The notes below the pieces were generated by a model that saw nothing but the letters and a program-made list of their open reading frames with translations, was not told the DNA's origin and did not search any database. Positions 59,401 to 64,000 of a stretch of 64,000 nt of DNA are shown piece by piece. Position numbers and translations under genes: made by a program. The stretch is taken from assembly GCA_964016885.1 (NCBI GenBank), contig OZ024747.1, positions 43,958,001-44,022,000 of the forward strand, written 5' to 3'. The first letter of the stretch is position 1. Every line of letters begins with the position of its first letter. This DNA is from Eledone cirrhosa. Its lineage: Eukaryota.

Positions 59401-62400
59401 TGTTGTAGTGTGAGGAGTTGTAGTGTAGTGTAATATAGTGTGGTGTAGGGTAGTGCAGTGTGATGTAGTGTGGTGAGGTGTGGTATGTTGTAGTGTGAGG
59501 AGTTGTAGTGTAATATAGTGTGGTGTAGGGTAGTGCAGTGTGATGTAGTGTGGTGAGGTGTGGTATGTTGTAGTGTGAGGAGTTGTAGTGTAATATAGTG
59601 TGGTGTAGGGTAGTGCAGTGTGATGTAGTGTGGTGAGGTGTGGTATGTTGTAGTGTGAGGAGTTGTAGTGTAATATAGTGTGGTGTAGGGTAGTGCAGTG
59701 TGATGTAGTGTGGTGAGGTGTGGTATGTTGTAGTGTGAGGAGTTGTAGTGTAATATAGTGTGGTGTAGGGTAATGCAGTGTGATGTAGTGTGGTGAGGTG
59801 TGGTATGTTGTAGTGTGAGGAGTTGTAGTGTAATATAGTGTGGTGTAGGGTAATGCAGTGTGATGTAGTGTGGTGAGGTGTGGTATGTTGTAGTGTGAGG
59901 AGTTGTAGTGTAATATAGTGTGGTGTAGGGTAGTGCAGTGTGATGTAGTGTGGTGAGGTGTGGTATGTTGTAGTGTGAGGAGTTGTAGTGTAATATAGTG
60001 TGGTGTAGGGTAGTGCGGTGTGATGTAGTGTGGTGAGGTGTGGTATGTTGTAGTGTGAGGAGTTGTAGTGTAATATAGTGTGGTGTAGGGTAGTGCAGTG
60101 TGATGTAGTGTGGTGAGGTGTGGTATGTTGTAGTGTGAGGAGTTGTAGTGTAATATAGTGTGGTGTAGGGTAGTGCGGTGTGATGTAGTGTGGTGAGGTG
60201 TGGTATGTTGTAGTGTGAGGAGTTGTAGTGTAGTGTAATATAGTGTGGTGTAGGGTAATGCAGTGTGATGTAGTGTGGTGAGGTGTGGTATGTTGTAGTG
60301 TGAGGAGTTGTAGTGTAATATAGTGTGGTGTAGGGTAGTGCAGTGTGATGTAGTGTGGTGAGGTGTGGTATGTTGTAGTGTGAGGAGTTGTAGTGTAATA
60401 TAGTGTGGTGTAGGGTAGTGCGGTGTGATGTAGTGTGGTGAGGTGTGGTATGTTGTAGTGTGAGGAGTTGTAGTGTAGTGTAATATAGTGTGGTGTAGGG
60501 TAGTGCAGTGTGATGTAGTGTGGTGAGGTGTGGTATGTTGTAGTGTGAGGAGTTGTAGTGTAATATAGTGTGGTGTAGGGTAATGCGGTGTGATGTAGTG
60601 TGGTGAGGTGTGTTATGTTGTAGTGTGAGGAGTTGTAGTGTAATATAGTGTGGTGTAGGGTAATGCAGTGTGATGTAGTGTGGTGAGGTGTGGTATGTTG
60701 TAGTGTGAGGAGTTGTAGTGTAGTGTAATATAGTGTGGTGTAGGGTAGTGCAGTGTGATGTAGTGTGGTGAGGTGTGGTATGTTGTAGTGTGAGGAGTTG
60801 TAGTGTAATATAGTGTGGTGTAGGGTAATGCAGTGTGATGTAGTGTGGTGAGGTGTGGTATGTTGTAGTGTGAGGAGTTGTAGTGTAATATAGTGTGGTG
60901 TAGGGTAGTGCGGTGTGATGTAGTGTGGTGAGGTGTGGTATGTTGTAGTGTGAGGAGTTGTAGTGTAATATAGTGTGGTGTAGGGTAATGCAGTGTGATG
61001 TAGTGTGGTGAGGTGTGGTATGTTGTAGTGTGAGGAGTTGTAGTGTAATATAGTGTGGTGTAGGGTAGTGCGGTGTGATGTAGTGTGGTGAGGTGTGGTA
61101 TGTTGTAGTGTGAGGAGTTGTAGTGTAATATAGTGTGGTGTAGGGTAGTGCGGTGTGATGTAGTGTGGTGAGGTGTGGTATGTTGTAGTGTGAGGAGTTG
61201 TAGTGTAATATAGTGTGGTGTAGGGTAATGCAGTGTGATGTAGTGTGGTGAGGTGTGGTATGTTGTAGTGTGAGGAGTTGTAGTGTAATATAGTGTGGTG
61301 TAGGGTAATGCGGTGTGATGTAGTGTGGTGAGGTGTGGTATGTTGTAGTGTGAGGAGTTGTAGTGTAATATAGTGTGGTGTAGGGTAGTGCAGTGTAATG
61401 TCGTGTGGTGTGATGTGGTATGATGTAGTGTGGTGTAGTGTGGTGTAGTGCAGTGTGATGTAGTGTAGTGTGAAGTTGTATGATGTAGTGTGACGAGTTG
61501 TGGTGTAGTGTAATATAGTAGGGTGTAGTATGGTGTGGTGTTGTGCTGTGTGATATAGTGTGGTGTAGTGTGATGTGGTATGGTATGATGTAGTGTGGTG
61601 TAGTGTGAGGAGTTGTAGTGTAATATAGTGTGGTGTAGTGTGGTGTAGTGTAGTGTGGTGTAGTTTAGTGTGATGCAGTGCAGTGTGGTCTAGTGTGATG
61701 TAGTGTGGTGTAGTTTAGTGTGACGTAGTGTGATGTTGTGTGTGAAGTTGTAGTGTAATATAGTGTGGTGTAGTGTAGTGTAGTGTGGTGTGGTATGGTG
61801 TAGTGTAGTGTGGTGTTGTATGATGTAGCACACTACATCATATGTGATGTAGTGCAGTGTGATGTATTGCAGTGTGGTGTAGTGTAGTGTGGTGTGGCAT
61901 GTGATGTAGTGCAGTGTGATGTAGTGCAGTGTGATTTAGTGCAGTGTGATGTAGTCTGGTGTAGTGTAGTGTGGTGTGGCATGGTGTAGTGTAGTGTGGT
62001 GTTGTATGATGTAGTGTGGTATAGTGTGAGGAATTGTAGTGTAGTGTAATATAGTGCGGTGTAGTGTAATGTGGTATAGTGTGGTGTGTTGTTGCTTATG
62101 GCAGTGTAGTTTAGTGTGATGTGGTGCTATGTGGTGTAGTGTGGTGTAGCGCTGTAGTGTAGTGTGGTGCTATGTGGTGCTATGTGGTGTAGTGTGGTGT
62201 AGCGCTGTAGTGTAGTGTGGTGTAGTGTGTAGTGGTATAGTGTGATGTTATATAATGTAAATAAGGTGTAGCGGTATAGTGTGGTGTGGTGTAATACGGT
62301 GCTGTATAATATGGTGTGGTGTTGAATAATTATGGTATGGTGTGATGTGGTGCTATGTGGTGTAGTGTGGTCTGATGTTGTGTGATGTGGTACGTAGCGG

Positions 62401-62440
62401 TGTGATGTGGTGTAGTGTACTGCGGTATAATGTGGTGTGA
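56410..62440. repeat. 80-bp satellite (~60 copies, ~56430-61400) built from 16 GTAGT/GTGGT-like pentamers, with degenerate pentamer flanks
   Basis: Unit TGATGTAGTGTGGTGAGGTGTGGTATGTTGTAGTGTGAGGAGTTGTAGTGTAATATAGTGTGGTGTAGGGTA(G/A)TGC(A/G)GTG; 85-bp variants carry one extra pentamer. Confidence 0.95.
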
Positions 62441-62634
62441 AACTAACAGCTCAACTTCTATCTAACATAAATCAGAAGATATTTATTTCTAAGCAATTAT
62501 AGCCTTTGATCATTTCTATAATTTTAACAAAATAGAAAATGAAGTGAAGAAAAAAGATATAACAATTAAAAATACCAATTTTCCAAAGAATACCTGAATA
62601 TTCGAATTCATATGTGTGTATGTGTGTGTGAGTG

Positions 62635-62684
<50 letters not shown>

Positions 62685-62688
<4 letters not shown>

Positions 62689-63690
62689 AATTAGTATATC
62701 TACTAACATATATATACAGATGCATACCTATGCCAGCAAATATATAGGTTTTGTCTTAGTAACTTTGTGGTTCAATGCAAGGGGATGCCGAACAATAATA
62801 TGAAAAACGTAAAATAAGAAAATTATAAAAATTAACTTACTAAAATTTCACTCCAACTAATTAGTTTCTGAAAGGGAATAAACATGGTTTCCGAAGAAAC
62901 GCACGGAGAAATCCTTTCGTCATCAGGGAAGTCTATTCTCAGCTAAGTTTCCAGGCAATGCGTGGACACAGGGAACTTATACAAAAATAATTCAGTGGAT
63001 GGAAAAAAGCAAAGCGTAGACTAAGTCCAGCAAATATATAGGTTTTGTCTGAGTAACTTTGTGGTTCAATGCAAGGGGATGCAGAACAATAATATGAAAG
63101 ACGTAAAATAAGAAATTTTAGTAAGTAAGTTAATTTTTATAATTTTCTTATTTTACGTCTTTCATATTATTGTTCGGCATCCCCTAGCATTGAACCACAA
63201 AGTTACTAAGACAAAACCTATATATTTGCTGGCATAGGTATGCATCTGTATATATATGTTAGTAGATATACTAATTCTTTATAATTATCTCCAAATTATT
63301 TTGTTGAGCAAAAATTTGCCAAAACTGCTACTATAGTTCATAGTAATGGTTCGGCTGCTGTCTTCTTAACACACCACTCCTCACTGATTAACCTCGAAGT
63401 CACGTGATTGATTCTTTTGAATTTGCCACCGACCGAGTAGGCAGTGATTTTTTCAATGTCTTGGAACTTAGTCCACGCTTTGCTATTTTCCATCCACTGA
63501 ATTATTTTTGTATAAGTTCCCTGTGTCCACGCATTGCCTGGAAACTTAGCTGAGAATAGACTTCCCTGATGACGAAAGGATTTCTCCGTGCGTTTCCTCG
63601 GAAACATTGTTTATTCCCTTTCAGAAACTAATTAGTTGGAGTGAAATTTTAGTAAGTAAGTTAATTTTTATAATTCTCTTATTTTACGTC

Positions 63691-63697
<7 letters not shown>
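62685..63697. mobile_element. Complex fold-back PLE-type remnant between (TA)n tracts
   Basis: 62685-62845 is inverted at 63120-63282, and 62805-63027 is inverted at 63463-63695. A hammerhead-like CTGATGA..GAAAC lies at ~63567-63611. Confidence 0.75.
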
Positions 63698-63731
<34 letters not shown>

Positions 63732-63831
63732 AATATAGATATAGAATATTCGAAAATATTCTGTATGTTTATAATAAACATTTTGAAGACCTAATCGCTA
63801 TAGAATAGAATACGTCACGTATTACAATTAG

Positions 63832-63920
63832 ATTCTCGATAAAAGCAAGGGAAGTAATCTACGCGTTTCATTCTTGTTAGAATTCATCAGGACTACATAT
63901 CCAGTGCTTTTATCGAGAAT
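63832..63920 (-). ncRNA. Type I hammerhead ribozyme with perfect core, enclosed by a 16-bp stem
   Basis: The minus strand reads gtagtc CTGATGA attct aaca agaat GAAA CGCG TA gattac. Outer inverted repeat attctcgataaaagca (63832-63847) / tgcttttatcgagaat (63905-63920). Confidence 0.9.
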
Positions 63921-64000
63921 GACACAGCTAGAGACTTATAGAATACTTAGCTGTGTACAGGAACTGGTTTGAAAGAGCGGTTGCCGGTCCGGCAGAAATT

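Noticed and set aside
56410-61400. Regular array as a possible CRISPR or telomere
   Set aside because: There are no unique spacers, the context is eukaryotic, and it is not a TTAGGG tandem.

Overview
Repeat-saturated eukaryotic DNA, rich in (TA)n, (CA)n, (GA)n and (TAA)n tracts. The SINE types and microsatellite density suggest an octopus or other cephalopod (inference). No host gene is supportable, and most short ORFs in the track are microsatellite artefacts. The window is essentially a retroelement community sorted by microsatellite. (1) At ~30.8-43.3 kb, (TAA)n/(TTA)n tracts hold an intact 1130-aa R4/Dong-like RT + restriction-like endonuclease element, four 5'-truncated R4/Dong copies of two families, a decayed Tx1/L1-like element in the opposite orientation and tRNA-SINEs. 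(2) A third R4-like family sits in (CATA)n. (3) Many Penelope-like (PLE) remnants lie in (TA)n tracts, including a Naiad-like RT + GIY-YIG reading frame at 46.8-48.3 kb. Most are fold-back (inverted) structures, and I can read about ten distinct type I hammerhead ribozyme motifs in or near them by eye. The window also has a 33-bp CAA/CAG minisatellite, a 192-bp tandem duplication and a ~5-kb 80-bp satellite built from pentamers. All calls are from manual reading; no database searches were run.
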